Below, piece by piece: positions 28,501 to 38,660 of a stretch of 54,842 nucleotides of DNA. Source of the DNA: Candidatus Enterousia sp. (lineage in GTDB: Bacteria; Pseudomonadota; Alphaproteobacteria; Rs-D84). The stretch is taken from positions 1-54,842 of the forward strand of contig JAZRPS010000007.1 in the NCBI GenBank assembly GCA_045649345.1, in the 5' to 3' direction. Numbering within the stretch: the stretch's first letter is position 1; each line of letters starts with the position of its first letter. A program made the position numbers and the translations under genes. Under the pieces are notes generated by a model. That model was not told the DNA's origin and searched no databases. It was given only the letters and a program-made list of their open reading frames with translations.

Positions 28501-28944
28501 TTATTCAATCACTATTAATGGTTGATCAAATTCAACAGCTGCGCCGTCAGATACCAATATTTCTTTTACGACGCCGTCTTTATCTGATTTTATTGGATTA
28601 AACGTTTTCATCGCTTCTACCAATGCGACTGTATCGCCTGCTTTGACTTGTTTGCCAACCGTCACGAATGCGTCTGCGCCTGGTTCTGGTGCCAAATAAA
28701 CCACGCCAACCATTGGTGATTTCAAGGCATAACCGCTAAGTGTACCATCAACAGGTTCTGATGTTGCAGATTTTGCTTCTGCCACCGGTGCAGATGACAC
28801 TGCAACGGTCGCGGCCTGTTGTTTTGATAGGTGAATATGTTTACGGTATACACCAAACAGAAACTGACGTTCTAAATCCAATTCTGTAATGCCCATATCG
28901 TCCATAATTTTTGACATGGATTCAACGGTTGCACGAAATGACAT
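28501..28944 (-). CDS. accB: Biotin carboxyl carrier protein
   Basis: KSPMVG..Y..P.P, EAMKTFN biotinylation motif, VEFDQPL. Confidence 0.95.
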   Translation of the reverse strand: MSFRATVESMSKIMDDMGITELDLERQFLFGVYRKHIHLSKQQAATVAVSSAPVAEAKSATSEPVDGTLSGYALKSPMVGVVYLAPEPGADAFVTVGKQVKAGDTVALVEAMKTFNPIKSDKDGVVKEILVSDGAAVEFDQPLIVIE

Positions 28945-29014
28945 TTTTTATATCCTTATGTTAATAATTAATTATGTCTTGTGGTTTAAAAGTTTATCAT
29001 ATTCTGGGCGCATG

Positions 29015-29251
29015 TCAAGGGACGGGGTCATAACCAAAGCCCCCACCTGGTCGACATCGACCGATGCGCTTTAATCCCAACCAGGTGCCACGAAATATAC
29101 CGTATTTTTGAATGGCGATACGTGTGTATTCACTGCATGTTGGGGTAAACCTGCATGCCGCCCTGCCCCCAATTACTGGTGATATTGCACACTGATATGC
29201 ACGCACCATTGCGCATGCCATACGTTGAAAGAATGTTTGATTATTTTGCAT
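29015..29251 (-). CDS. yidD: Membrane protein insertion efficiency factor YidD
   Basis: [20 protein letters not shown]...GYDPVP. Confidence 0.93.
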   Translation of the reverse strand: MQNNQTFFQRMACAMVRAYQCAISPVIGGRAACRFTPTCSEYTRIAIQKYGIFRGTWLGLKRIGRCRPGGGFGYDPVP

Positions 29252-29255
29252 TTAT

Positions 29256-29588
29256 TTATTGATTGCGCAGATAGTGTAAAGCCTTTTTCATTGCGACACG
29301 ACCGGCTGTTCTGTCTGCGTCCAGTATTGCGCGTCGTATTATAAACACATAATCCCATTCTGGTCGCAACATTTTTTCATTAAATGCCAGCCAATCACGC
29401 AACAGGCGTTTGGCGTGATTTCTGTCAACGGCATGCTTAAATGTCTTTTTAGTCACGATTATACCATATCGTGCATCGTCTGAAAATTTTGCCGGTTTTG
29501 CACGCACCAAAAAATAGGCACAACGTGCAGTCGGGTCGTTTTCACCCATTGCAAAGTCAGCATGATTTTTTATCGTATCGCGTTTCAT
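29256..29588 (-). CDS. rnpA: Ribonuclease P protein component
   Basis: IK..ADF, RYGIIVTKK.FKHAVDRN..KRLLR (RNR motif variant), DYVFI.R; adjacent to yidD. Confidence 0.88.
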   Translation of the reverse strand: MKRDTIKNHADFAMGENDPTARCAYFLVRAKPAKFSDDARYGIIVTKKTFKHAVDRNHAKRLLRDWLAFNEKMLRPEWDYVFIIRRAILDADRTAGRVAMKKALHYLRNQ

Positions 29589-29655
29589 TACTGGCACATA
29601 ATATCATATTACAGAATAAATCAAATAAATTTGTTGGGGTGCCTTGATTTTTTGA

Positions 29656-30753
<1,098 letters not shown>

Positions 30754-30768
30754 TATAATAAAATGTCA

Positions 30769-30797
30769 TAAAAACACCGGCATTTGCCGGTGTTTTT
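30769..30797. repeat. Palindromic terminator repeat copy
   Basis: taaaaacaccggcatttgccggtgttttt between convergent mreB and sspB. Confidence 0.85.
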
Positions 30798-31263
30798 ATT
30801 GATTTTTATTTTTTCTAAATTCGTCCAACGACACAACGCGCCCTGGGTCTGGGACAGTGTCTGGTTTTTCTTCCAATGGTAATTCCATATCATTGTCCGC
30901 AGCCACAGGTTGTAATTTATTTTGAAACGTCAACATAAAATCAACTGATGGGTCTTTAAATTCAACCAGTGCAGAAAAAGGAACGCGTATAAAGAAAGGA
31001 CGGCCGTCAAACGTCAGTTGTACGCCAAATTCTTTATCTGAAACATGCAGATTGTTATACGAATATTGTAAGACAATCGTCATTAAGTCGGGGTATCGTA
31101 TACGCAGAAAATCTGGTAATACAACGCCATTATCGCGTGTGCGGAATGTTATAAAAAAATGAGTCCCATCCCCCAATCCATTAAATTGCGCATGTACCAG
31201 TGCATCTTTGACCACTGATTTTAATGCGTTATCCAAAAGTGTTTGATAATCAATACGTGCCAT
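30796..31263 (-). CDS. sspB: Alphaproteobacterial SspB-family ClpXP adaptor
   Basis: IDY..L...AL..VV..AL, GL..HFFITF.T...GV..P..L..YP..MTIVLQ, F.DPSV.F.L.F, C-terminal VVSLDEFRK. Confidence 0.88.
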   Translation of the reverse strand: MARIDYQTLLDNALKSVVKDALVHAQFNGLGDGTHFFITFRTRDNGVVLPDFLRIRYPDLMTIVLQYSYNNLHVSDKEFGVQLTFDGRPFFIRVPFSALVEFKDPSVDFMLTFQNKLQPVAADNDMELPLEEKPDTVPDPGRVVSLDEFRKNKNQ

Positions 31264-31270
31264 ATTTTTT

Positions 31271-32350
31271 TTACTCCGCACATACTATATTATTTATTTC
31301 GCCATCTTTGCAAGCAACAAATACAGCGTTTGGAACATTCTTGAACACGTTTTCGTCCAGTCCTGTTGCCCAAACCTGGGCGTCGGCATCACCCAGTTCT
31401 TGAAATAATTTAGATCTGGCATTTTCATCCAGGTGGGCTGCCGCCTCGTCCAGCAGGATTAGTGGGCGAAGACCTGTTTTTGTGTGGATTAATTTTGCAT
31501 GTGCCAAAATCAATTCGATTAAAATTGTTTTTTGTTGCCCTGTGCTGGTCAGATGTGCTGGCAACTTTAATTGTGTATTAAACACACCAAAGTCAGATTT
31601 ATGTGGTCCATCGATAACCATTTTATCGCCGGTCAGCATCCGATTTTCTTTCAGGTATTCGATGTACTTACGTTCTGCATCACCTGCACTTGTTCCGTCA
31701 ATCAACATTTTTTCAATCATGCCTGATACAGAAACTGCGCATCTTTTTAGAAAATAATTCAGTTCACCTGCATATTGAATCCTTGCAGCAGCAATTGCCA
31801 CCGCCACACCCGCAATCTGTGTGTCCAGCGCGTTCAGCCAATGTGCGTCTGCGCCTGATTTTAATGCGTATGCGCGTTCACTCATTAACTTGCTAAGTCG
31901 TGCCACGCGTCCTGCGTGCGATGTGTCAAAACTGGTGGCCAGCCTGTCAAAAAAAGCCCGTCTGTCAGATGCGCTATCAACAAACAGTCTGTCTTCACGT
32001 GGGGTTAACCAAACCATTCGTAAATGTTGTGTTAATTCAGACAGTGGCGCGTTTTCCCCGTCTATTTTTGCACGTCTATTTGTGTCGCCACCAATAAAAT
32101 TTACTGCAACCGCTGTATCATCGGTCAGGTTTGCAAAAACACTGAACCCCCCTGCCCCATCAAACCGTGCAATGTCCGCCATTTGCGCACCGCGCATGCC
32201 ACGATCCCCTGATAACATAGACAATGCCTCTAATATTGCGGTTTTGCCGGCACCATTTGGTCCTGTAATAATTACATTGCGTCGATTATTGGTTATAATG
32301 CGACATGTTTTGTGGTTTCTAAAATCTGTCAGGCTAAGTGTATTAATCAT
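31271..32350 (-). CDS. recF: DNA replication/repair protein RecF
   Basis: L.DFRN, GPNGAGKT.ILEA, RR.FFDR, GPHKSD, STGQQK, LLDEAAAHLD. Confidence 0.95.
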   Translation of the reverse strand: MINTLSLTDFRNHKTCRIITNNRRNVIITGPNGAGKTAILEALSMLSGDRGMRGAQMADIARFDGAGGFSVFANLTDDTAVAVNFIGGDTNRRAKIDGENAPLSELTQHLRMVWLTPREDRLFVDSASDRRAFFDRLATSFDTSHAGRVARLSKLMSERAYALKSGADAHWLNALDTQIAGVAVAIAAARIQYAGELNYFLKRCAVSVSGMIEKMLIDGTSAGDAERKYIEYLKENRMLTGDKMVIDGPHKSDFGVFNTQLKLPAHLTSTGQQKTILIELILAHAKLIHTKTGLRPLILLDEAAAHLDENARSKLFQELGDADAQVWATGLDENVFKNVPNAVFVACKDGEINNIVCAE

Positions 32351-32367
32351 ACGTGCATAATACACTA

Positions 32368-32396
32368 TAAAAAAAACACCCGCAAGGGGCGTTTTG
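32368..32396 (-). terminator. Intrinsic terminator after gpsA
   Basis: A-tract, CACCC-gcaa-GGGGCG, T-tract (imperfect stem). Confidence 0.55.
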
Positions 32397-32397
32397 C

Positions 32398-33258
32398 CTA
32401 TATTTTCAATTTGTTTTTCATCGCTTTAAGTGTTTGTATATTAATCCCCAGACTGTCCCCACGTGCAATAAGTCCGTTCAGTGCAAATATGCCTTCTACT
32501 GTACCGGTTGGAACTTCGCCACGTGCAATTGACATGCCACCCGAAAAATTTCGACTGGTTGGACTGGTCGCCGATAGAAACAAGTCGCCTATACCGCACA
32601 GACCCAAGAATGTACGAATTTGTGCGCCTGCTGCCAGGCCTATATTCACAATTTCATTCCACGACTGTGTAAATACCATTGCGCGTTCATTTTCACATGT
32701 TGCAATGCTGTTATACCCACAAATTAATGCAACAGCGTTCTTGCCAACCCCACAAATTTCTGTTCCGATAACATCAGATGTCGTGTCCAGATACAATTTG
32801 TTTAGTGCATCTGTACCCGCATTTATCGCGATATCTGTCCCTGCCAATGTCGAACCTGTTGGTACGCCTTGCGCAACTTCGTGTGCAAATTGTGGGCCTG
32901 ATAATACCCCGAAATCAACGCATTCTGGCAGTTCTGCGCGCAGTATTTCTGACATAAATTGATTGGTTGTATTTTCTGCCCCCTTGGTACAGATTATGAT
33001 TGGTTGACCGTCGTATTCTATTTTTGCCTTATGTATTGTTTCGCGGAAAAATGACGCTGGTGTCACAATCAGCCATGTGTCTGTTTGTTTCAGTTTTGTC
33101 ATTTCGCGTGTGATTTCTATATTATGTGGCATGTCTATACCATCAAAATGTTTGTATTCGCCATCATAAGACCACAGTATAACATCTGCCCCACCGCGTG
33201 CGACAGTTATTGCCAATGCTGTACCCCATGCACCGGCACCAATAACACCTACTTTCAT
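32398..33258 (-). CDS. gpsA: NAD(P)H-dependent glycerol-3-phosphate dehydrogenase (compact)
   Basis: GAGAWGTALA, CTKG.E, LSGP.FA.EV, D.IG.E.CG..KN, GL.G.GDL, SRN, EG. Confidence 0.92.
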   Translation of the reverse strand: MKVGVIGAGAWGTALAITVARGGADVILWSYDGEYKHFDGIDMPHNIEITREMTKLKQTDTWLIVTPASFFRETIHKAKIEYDGQPIIICTKGAENTTNQFMSEILRAELPECVDFGVLSGPQFAHEVAQGVPTGSTLAGTDIAINAGTDALNKLYLDTTSDVIGTEICGVGKNAVALICGYNSIATCENERAMVFTQSWNEIVNIGLAAGAQIRTFLGLCGIGDLFLSATSPTSRNFSGGMSIARGEVPTGTVEGIFALNGLIARGDSLGINIQTLKAMKNKLKI

Positions 33259-34871
33259 TTTATATTCCTTATTTTCCTTTCGATATCAGGGACAACAACC
33301 AGTCCATCGTCCGATAAATCGATGGCGCGTTTATATGCCTCAATTGCTTTGTCTTTTTCGCCCTTGGTAATATACAAGTCCCCTAAGTTTACAAATAACG
33401 AAGAACATGTTTCGGAAACTTCTCCGACGCGTTCCAACAAATCCAGTGCCGCATCTGTCCCTTCGCGTACAGCAACAACGCGTCCCAGTGTGTCCCACGC
33501 CAGTATATCTGATGGATTTTTAGTCACCAAAGTCATTGCATAGTTGTATGCGTTTTCCAGTTCGCGATTTTCATATGCCCATATTTTTGCCTGCAAAGAC
33601 AATATTTCTGCATCAACAGACAGCACGTCTGTTGCATCACGAATATCCTTCTGGGCAGACTTTATATCATCAAAAACAAAGTATATTTGTGCGCGGCTTT
33701 TGATAAAAAAAGCCTTACCTGCTTCATTTAAATTTTTGTCTTTGATTGCCCTGTTTACGACACGCAATGCGGCACGTTTATCCCCATTTTGTATGTAATA
33801 ACCGATTAATTTATTAACCGCAGGTACAAACAAAGGATGTTCTTTTATTGTGTCTTGCAATGATTCTATATCGTTATTTTTTTCTGCGGTTCGTAGTTGT
33901 GCAAACAGATAGAACGGGCTATTTTTATCAATCTTTTTAAATTGCGAACCATAATCCCCACGATTGTTATAAAAATATTGTCCCAGATAATAATTTATTG
34001 CATCGCTATTTTTTGCAAATTCTGGTGCAGTTATTTCTGCAAAGCGCAACAACAGCATTGCCAGATCGGAATACATCATAATTTGTGTATGTGATACAGT
34101 TTGCACCAAGCTGAATGCCAATGCATTTTCATAGCCACTATACACAGACCAGTCTGGTATTGTGTCATAGTTTAGCATGTACATGCCGCCTGGTCGTTGT
34201 GTAAATTTTGCGCGCAGTTCGGTCGCTTTTACATGCATATCATGATGTGCATAAAATGACATCATATATAAATAGTCATTTATATTAATGAAGTCGACGC
34301 TGACCTGGTCAAAATTTTCAGCGGCTTTGTCTTTGTCGCCCTGCTCTGCGTATATTTGACCACGAACAAATGCCTTCCAAGAATTGTTTGTTGGTAATTT
34401 TTCAATAAACTTGAACGTGTTTGTTCGATAATCGTTTGCAATTGCAGACCATATACGCAAAGGTGCCGCCAACGCAGATTCGTCTTTTTTGTGCCGGTCG
34501 TGTAATTCTTTCCAGTTATTGTTTTTTACCAAATATGCATCGTAAATTAGCTGTGCTGGTGTGCTCTTTTCTTTTTTTAGCAATTTTGCATCAGCTGGCA
34601 TGCGACCGCTAAGAAATTCTGAGATATACTTTGTATTCTGAACGATTGAATAGTGCGAGTCTTGCAGTTGGTTTGAAAAATCAATTGCAGAGTCAAAATC
34701 GTTTACGTATATGGCGTGTTGTGCCGCCAAAAACGCCCCATATTTTGTTTCGGGGAAATGATAGTTGTTTGTTTGATTTTTTGTGTCAAAGTGTTGCCAT
34801 AAGGCACCACTAACAACGGTCAGCGCGGTTAATAAACCTATACTGATAAATATCCTTTCTATTTTCTTCAT
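33255..34871 (-). CDS. Exported/membrane TPR protein
   Basis: N-terminal TM segment, YGAFLAAQHA, C-terminal TPRs (DTLG, LGDLY...G...A...YKRA). Stop overlaps the gpsA start. Confidence 0.8.
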   Translation of the reverse strand: MKKIERIFISIGLLTALTVVSGALWQHFDTKNQTNNYHFPETKYGAFLAAQHAIYVNDFDSAIDFSNQLQDSHYSIVQNTKYISEFLSGRMPADAKLLKKEKSTPAQLIYDAYLVKNNNWKELHDRHKKDESALAAPLRIWSAIANDYRTNTFKFIEKLPTNNSWKAFVRGQIYAEQGDKDKAAENFDQVSVDFININDYLYMMSFYAHHDMHVKATELRAKFTQRPGGMYMLNYDTIPDWSVYSGYENALAFSLVQTVSHTQIMMYSDLAMLLLRFAEITAPEFAKNSDAINYYLGQYFYNNRGDYGSQFKKIDKNSPFYLFAQLRTAEKNNDIESLQDTIKEHPLFVPAVNKLIGYYIQNGDKRAALRVVNRAIKDKNLNEAGKAFFIKSRAQIYFVFDDIKSAQKDIRDATDVLSVDAEILSLQAKIWAYENRELENAYNYAMTLVTKNPSDILAWDTLGRVVAVREGTDAALDLLERVGEVSETCSSLFVNLGDLYITKGEKDKAIEAYKRAIDLSDDGLVVVPDIERKIRNIK

Positions 34872-34892
34872 GATTATGTTAGAATAGCGCTT

Positions 34893-35453
34893 ATGAACAA
34901 TAATGTCAAATTTGAACAATATGCGTCGTTATTGCGATTGTGGTCGACACGCATGAATCTGGTTGCACCCAGTACGTTGGGTGATATTGAAACGCGTCAT
35001 ATCGCCGATTCTGCGCAATTGGGCGATGTTTTGCCACGCGATGTCGATGTTGTTGACTTGGGCAGCGGCGCCGGATTTCCGGGGGTGGTTTTGGCGATTT
35101 TGGGTTGGCGTGTGACCTGTATCGAATCGATTGGTAAAAAGGTCGCGTTCTTAAATGCGGTCAAAGAGGAATTGGGGCTTGATAACCTGACGATTTATCA
35201 TGGGCGTGTCGAAGATTATGTCCGGCATTTGCCGGCAAAAACGAATGATTTTGTGTTCACATCGCGCGCTTTTGCATCGCTAACGAAAATTATGGATTAT
35301 GTTGGACATACAAAACGCCGGCTTTTTCTGTTAAAAGGCCGGGAAATTGAGTCTGAAATTGCGCTTGCAAAACAGAAGTACAAATTTGAATACGAATTAA
35401 TCCCGTCCAAGACCGGCGATGGCTTTATAATAGTCGTGCGTTTTTGCCGGTAA
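34893..35453 (+). CDS. rsmG: 16S rRNA m7G527 methyltransferase
   Basis: W...NLV, RHI.DS.Q, DLGSGAGFPG, ES..KK..FL, SRAFA, LKG. Confidence 0.95.
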   Translation: MNNNVKFEQYASLLRLWSTRMNLVAPSTLGDIETRHIADSAQLGDVLPRDVDVVDLGSGAGFPGVVLAILGWRVTCIESIGKKVAFLNAVKEELGLDNLTIYHGRVEDYVRHLPAKTNDFVFTSRAFASLTKIMDYVGHTKRRLFLLKGREIESEIALAKQKYKFEYELIPSKTGDGFIIVVRFCR

Positions 35454-35467
35454 TTTCATGTGAAATG
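35452..35467. promoter_or_regulatory. parS-like site 1
   Basis: aatttcatgtgaaatg versus the consensus TGTTTCACGTGAAACA; near parAB. Confidence 0.65.
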
Positions 35468-35505
35468 AATTTTAGCGTATTGATTTTAGTGCGAATTCCA
35501 GTTTT

Positions 35506-35850
35506 TTAAAAAAGTGTGTGTTTTTTGCCGGCGATTTTGCTAATTGTAGAGTCTGCTGAGTTCAAAATGCGTTGTCTTTGTTTTGTGTTGGCGGCAATCC
35601 ACAGGTTTACAGGTCTTTTTTTGCTTTCAAATTCCCACATTGGTGCCCACATTCCGCTGTTGGGCAAAAATAATGCCTCTTGCAGTTTGGTGTATTGGTT
35701 GTTTGGGGTATGTTTTTTTTGCGCTTCGGTTATTCGTTTTGCGACGAATTGTTCTGATGTATGTTCCGCGTGCGTGATAAATGGTGTTGCTGTGCATGTG
35801 ATTTCCAGGGCTATTCCAATTGACCAAGATACGACTTTTTTGAATTTTAT
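35506..35850 (-). pseudogene. Internally deleted paralog remnant of the upstream HExxH protein
   Basis: Open 114-codon frame starting at ATA (IKFKKVVSWSIGIALEIT...). It contains MWAPMWEFES....NLWIAA...RQRILNS.DS, matching MWAPMWQFET....NLWLAA...RQKTLNT.DS of the upstream gene. Confidence 0.75.
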
Positions 35851-35855
35851 ATTTT

Positions 35856-36803
35856 CTATCGTGTTAAATAGTTTTTTATGTTAAAAGCAATATTGTTTGG
35901 CGGCAGTTTGTCTGTGTTTGTTTGTATTATAGAATCGATTGTGTTTAGGGTTTTTTGACGTGTTTTATCGCTTGCGGCCAACCACAGGTTTGCCTGTCCG
36001 CCGGCTGTTTCAAATTGCCACATTGGTGCCCACATATCGAATTCTGGGTGGAATATAAGTTTAAGAAATGGGTCGCAATCTTGGTGTGGAGTATATAGAA
36101 TTGGGGCTTTGTTATAGTATTCTCGTTGTAGCGTCGTGACGTATTGGCCTTTTTTTATTTCGGATTTGAAACGGTTAAGTGCGTTTATGATAACGATGTC
36201 TGCTATTTTTTGGTCGTTAAAATTGATGGGTGTATTTTGTATTTGTTTGCCTGTTATTTTTAATATGCTGTCGCATGCTTCTACTACAAAAATCTTACTT
36301 GATGGAATTGGTGTGCCTGTCTTGTATTGGTAGTCTAACGCTTCGATTGTTTCACTGGCTGGTGCCATGGTTTCGTTCATGGCTGCGATGCGGGCGCGTG
36401 TTTGTGCGCTATAATATGGTGATAATATTTTTGTTAAGTGTGCTTTGCGTGCGTGTTCCATTTCGTGACGCATGGTCAATTGTAACATTCCATTCATGTG
36501 TGCGCACGTTCTGTTAACATAATCTGCGTTGTCCATTGGGTTAAAGTATGTGACAACAACTTCGTTTCGTGTTGGGAAAAATAATCCTGCGACCGCCGAT
36601 GGAAATTTTTTGGCAAAATTTTCTCTTGATAGATTCAGTGTATCTATTTTTACTTCTAATTTTGGTCTTGATTTATAACTTAAAATTTTTGCGCGTTCTA
36701 TATCTGTGTCGCGTGCGTGTTTTACCAGCAGACCCGGCCCCAGCACGGCTGTGATGGTCATTGCGATTGATAAAGATAAATTGCATAGTTTTACAAATTT
36801 CAT
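35856..36803 (-). CDS. Hypothetical protein with an N-terminal hydrophobic segment and HExxH (zincin-like) motif
   Basis: RHEMEHARK motif with a downstream NE; own promoter TTGACA-17-TATACA; start at MKFVK. Confidence 0.75.
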   Translation of the reverse strand: MKFVKLCNLSLSIAMTITAVLGPGLLVKHARDTDIERAKILSYKSRPKLEVKIDTLNLSRENFAKKFPSAVAGLFFPTRNEVVVTYFNPMDNADYVNRTCAHMNGMLQLTMRHEMEHARKAHLTKILSPYYSAQTRARIAAMNETMAPASETIEALDYQYKTGTPIPSSKIFVVEACDSILKITGKQIQNTPINFNDQKIADIVIINALNRFKSEIKKGQYVTTLQREYYNKAPILYTPHQDCDPFLKLIFHPEFDMWAPMWQFETAGGQANLWLAASDKTRQKTLNTIDSIIQTNTDKLPPNNIAFNIKNYLTR

Positions 36804-36850
36804 AACGTTAGTTGTATAGCACAAAATATATAATTTGTCAAATAGTTAAT

Positions 36851-36866
36851 AGTTTCATGTGAAATG
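36851..36866. promoter_or_regulatory. parS-like site 2
   Basis: agtttcatgtgaaatg, about 110 bp upstream of parA. Confidence 0.7.
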
Positions 36867-36972
36867 ATTTTTAACTTGTTAATATTAGTTTGTTTTTTGT
36901 TTTGTGAAATATAAACTCTTGACCGAATCGACCGGTTTCTATAAGGTGTACTTAAAGTATGGAAAGGGAAAA

Positions 36973-37755
36973 ATGACACGAATTATTGCATTTGCAAATC
37001 AAAAGGGCGGTGTTGGCAAGACGACGACCGCGATAAATATTGGCGCATCTTTGGCTGCGATTAAGCGTCGCGTGCTGTTAATTGATTTAGACCCCCAGGG
37101 CAATGCCGGAACCGGGCTGGGGTTTGTGCGTGCAGACCATCGTCAAAGTGCATACGGTGTTATTATGGGGACTGCAAATGTTGCCGACAATATTTTAACA
37201 ACTGCGGTGCCCGGGTTGCATCTGTTGCCGTCGTCCCAAGCGTTGGCGGGTGCAGATATTGATTTGCTGGATATGGAAAATCGCGAATTTCGGTTGCGCA
37301 ACGCATTGGCACCAATTATGGAACATTATGATTACATTCTGCTGGATTGTCCGCCGGCATTGGGGTATCTAACTATTAACGCGTTGACCGCATCAGACAG
37401 CGTTGTTGTGCCATTACAGTGCGAATTTTTTGCACTCGAAGGTGTTCAACAATTGACTGATACAATCAGCGTTGTCAAAGAAAAGTGGAATCCTGCATTA
37501 GATATACTGGGTGTATTGCTGACAATGTATGATAAACGCTATGGGGTGACGCGTGCGGTCGATGATGATGTTCGTGCAACGTTTGGTGATTTGGTGTTTA
37601 AAACAGTTGTTCCGCGCAATGTTCGCGTGTCAGAGGCACCGTCACACGGCAAACCGGCATTGTTTTATGATTTTAATTCTGCTGGCGCTCAGGCATACCT
37701 GCGTGTCGCGACAGAGGTGGTAAACAGAACCGAAGGGGGAATTGATGGCGAATAA
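36973..37755 (+). CDS. parA: Chromosome partitioning ATPase ParA/Soj
   Basis: NQKGGVGKTTT, DLDPQGNA, DCPP.LG, PLQCEFFALEG, RNVRVSEAPSHG. Start moved to ATG 36973. Confidence 0.96.
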   Translation: MTRIIAFANQKGGVGKTTTAINIGASLAAIKRRVLLIDLDPQGNAGTGLGFVRADHRQSAYGVIMGTANVADNILTTAVPGLHLLPSSQALAGADIDLLDMENREFRLRNALAPIMEHYDYILLDCPPALGYLTINALTASDSVVVPLQCEFFALEGVQQLTDTISVVKEKWNPALDILGVLLTMYDKRYGVTRAVDDDVRATFGDLVFKTVVPRNVRVSEAPSHGKPALFYDFNSAGAQAYLRVATEVVNRTEGGIDGE

Positions 37756-38623
37756 ATTTGGTTTGGGGCGGGGGTTGGCTGATTTACAGGCATCACGCGG
37801 CAAAATACCTGATATATCATTATTAACGCCGACAGAACGTGTTGTTGTAAAGCAAATTCCGTTGGCGCAAATTGGCGCAAATCCTGATCAGCCACGTAAA
37901 ACATTTACGGAAAATGAATTGGCAGACTTGACAGCGTCAATAAAAGAAAAAGGCGTATTACAACCAATTTTGTTGCGTACAGTAAGCGGTCGTCCATATG
38001 CATACGAAATCGTTGCAGGTGAACGTCGTTTTCGTGCGTCTAAGATGGCTGGATTGAATGAGATTCCTGCATTGGTAAAAACGATTGATGACACAAATGC
38101 ACGCGAAATCGCACTAATTGAAAATGTTCAGCGTGAAAACCTGAATCCGATAGAGGAGGCAAACGCCTATAAAAATCTGATGGAATGTTGCGATTATGAA
38201 TTGCCGGATGTTGCGCGCCTGATTGGAAAGTCAGAAAGCTATATTCGTAATATGTTGCGTCTGACGGCATTGCCTGATTCGGTTCAAAATTTGGTCGGTC
38301 AGGGCGAATTGTCCGCATCCCACGCCCGCACAATTGCGGTTGCCGAAAATCCCGAAGAATTGGCACATAAAATCATCGCAGAAAAACTATCTGTGGCTGA
38401 TACAGACAAATTGGTTAAAAGTGCGCCACGTGCAAAAACGACGCGCGCAATTGTTCAAAAGACAATTGATGCAGATGTCCGCCGTGATATAGAAAAACGA
38501 CTGGCAAAATCATTAAAATCGCCGGCAAAAATCGTTGAACGCCGGGGTGGGGCGGGGCAGATTGTAATATCGTTTGCGACGCGAACGCAACTGCACGAAC
38601 TGGTTGAAAAATTAACTATATAA
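37745..38623 (+). CDS. parB: Chromosome partitioning protein ParB
   Basis: GLGRGL, NP.QPRK.F, GVLQPI, IVAGERR.RA, ENVQRE.LNPIEEA, HTH. Confidence 0.96.
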   Translation: MANKFGLGRGLADLQASRGKIPDISLLTPTERVVVKQIPLAQIGANPDQPRKTFTENELADLTASIKEKGVLQPILLRTVSGRPYAYEIVAGERRFRASKMAGLNEIPALVKTIDDTNAREIALIENVQRENLNPIEEANAYKNLMECCDYELPDVARLIGKSESYIRNMLRLTALPDSVQNLVGQGELSASHARTIAVAENPEELAHKIIAEKLSVADTDKLVKSAPRAKTTRAIVQKTIDADVRRDIEKRLAKSLKSPAKIVERRGGAGQIVISFATRTQLHELVEKLTI

Positions 38624-38631
38624 AAATATGC

Positions 38632-38660
38632 AAAAACGCCGGCAAATGCCGGCGTTTTTT
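38632..38660. repeat. Palindromic terminator repeat copy (reverse orientation)
   Basis: aaaaacgccggcaaatgccggcgtttttt. Confidence 0.85.

Noticed and set aside
35516-35884. 122-aa plus-strand ORF downstream of rsmG
   Set aside because: It is the antisense shadow of the minus-strand paralog remnant, which has clear internal homology.
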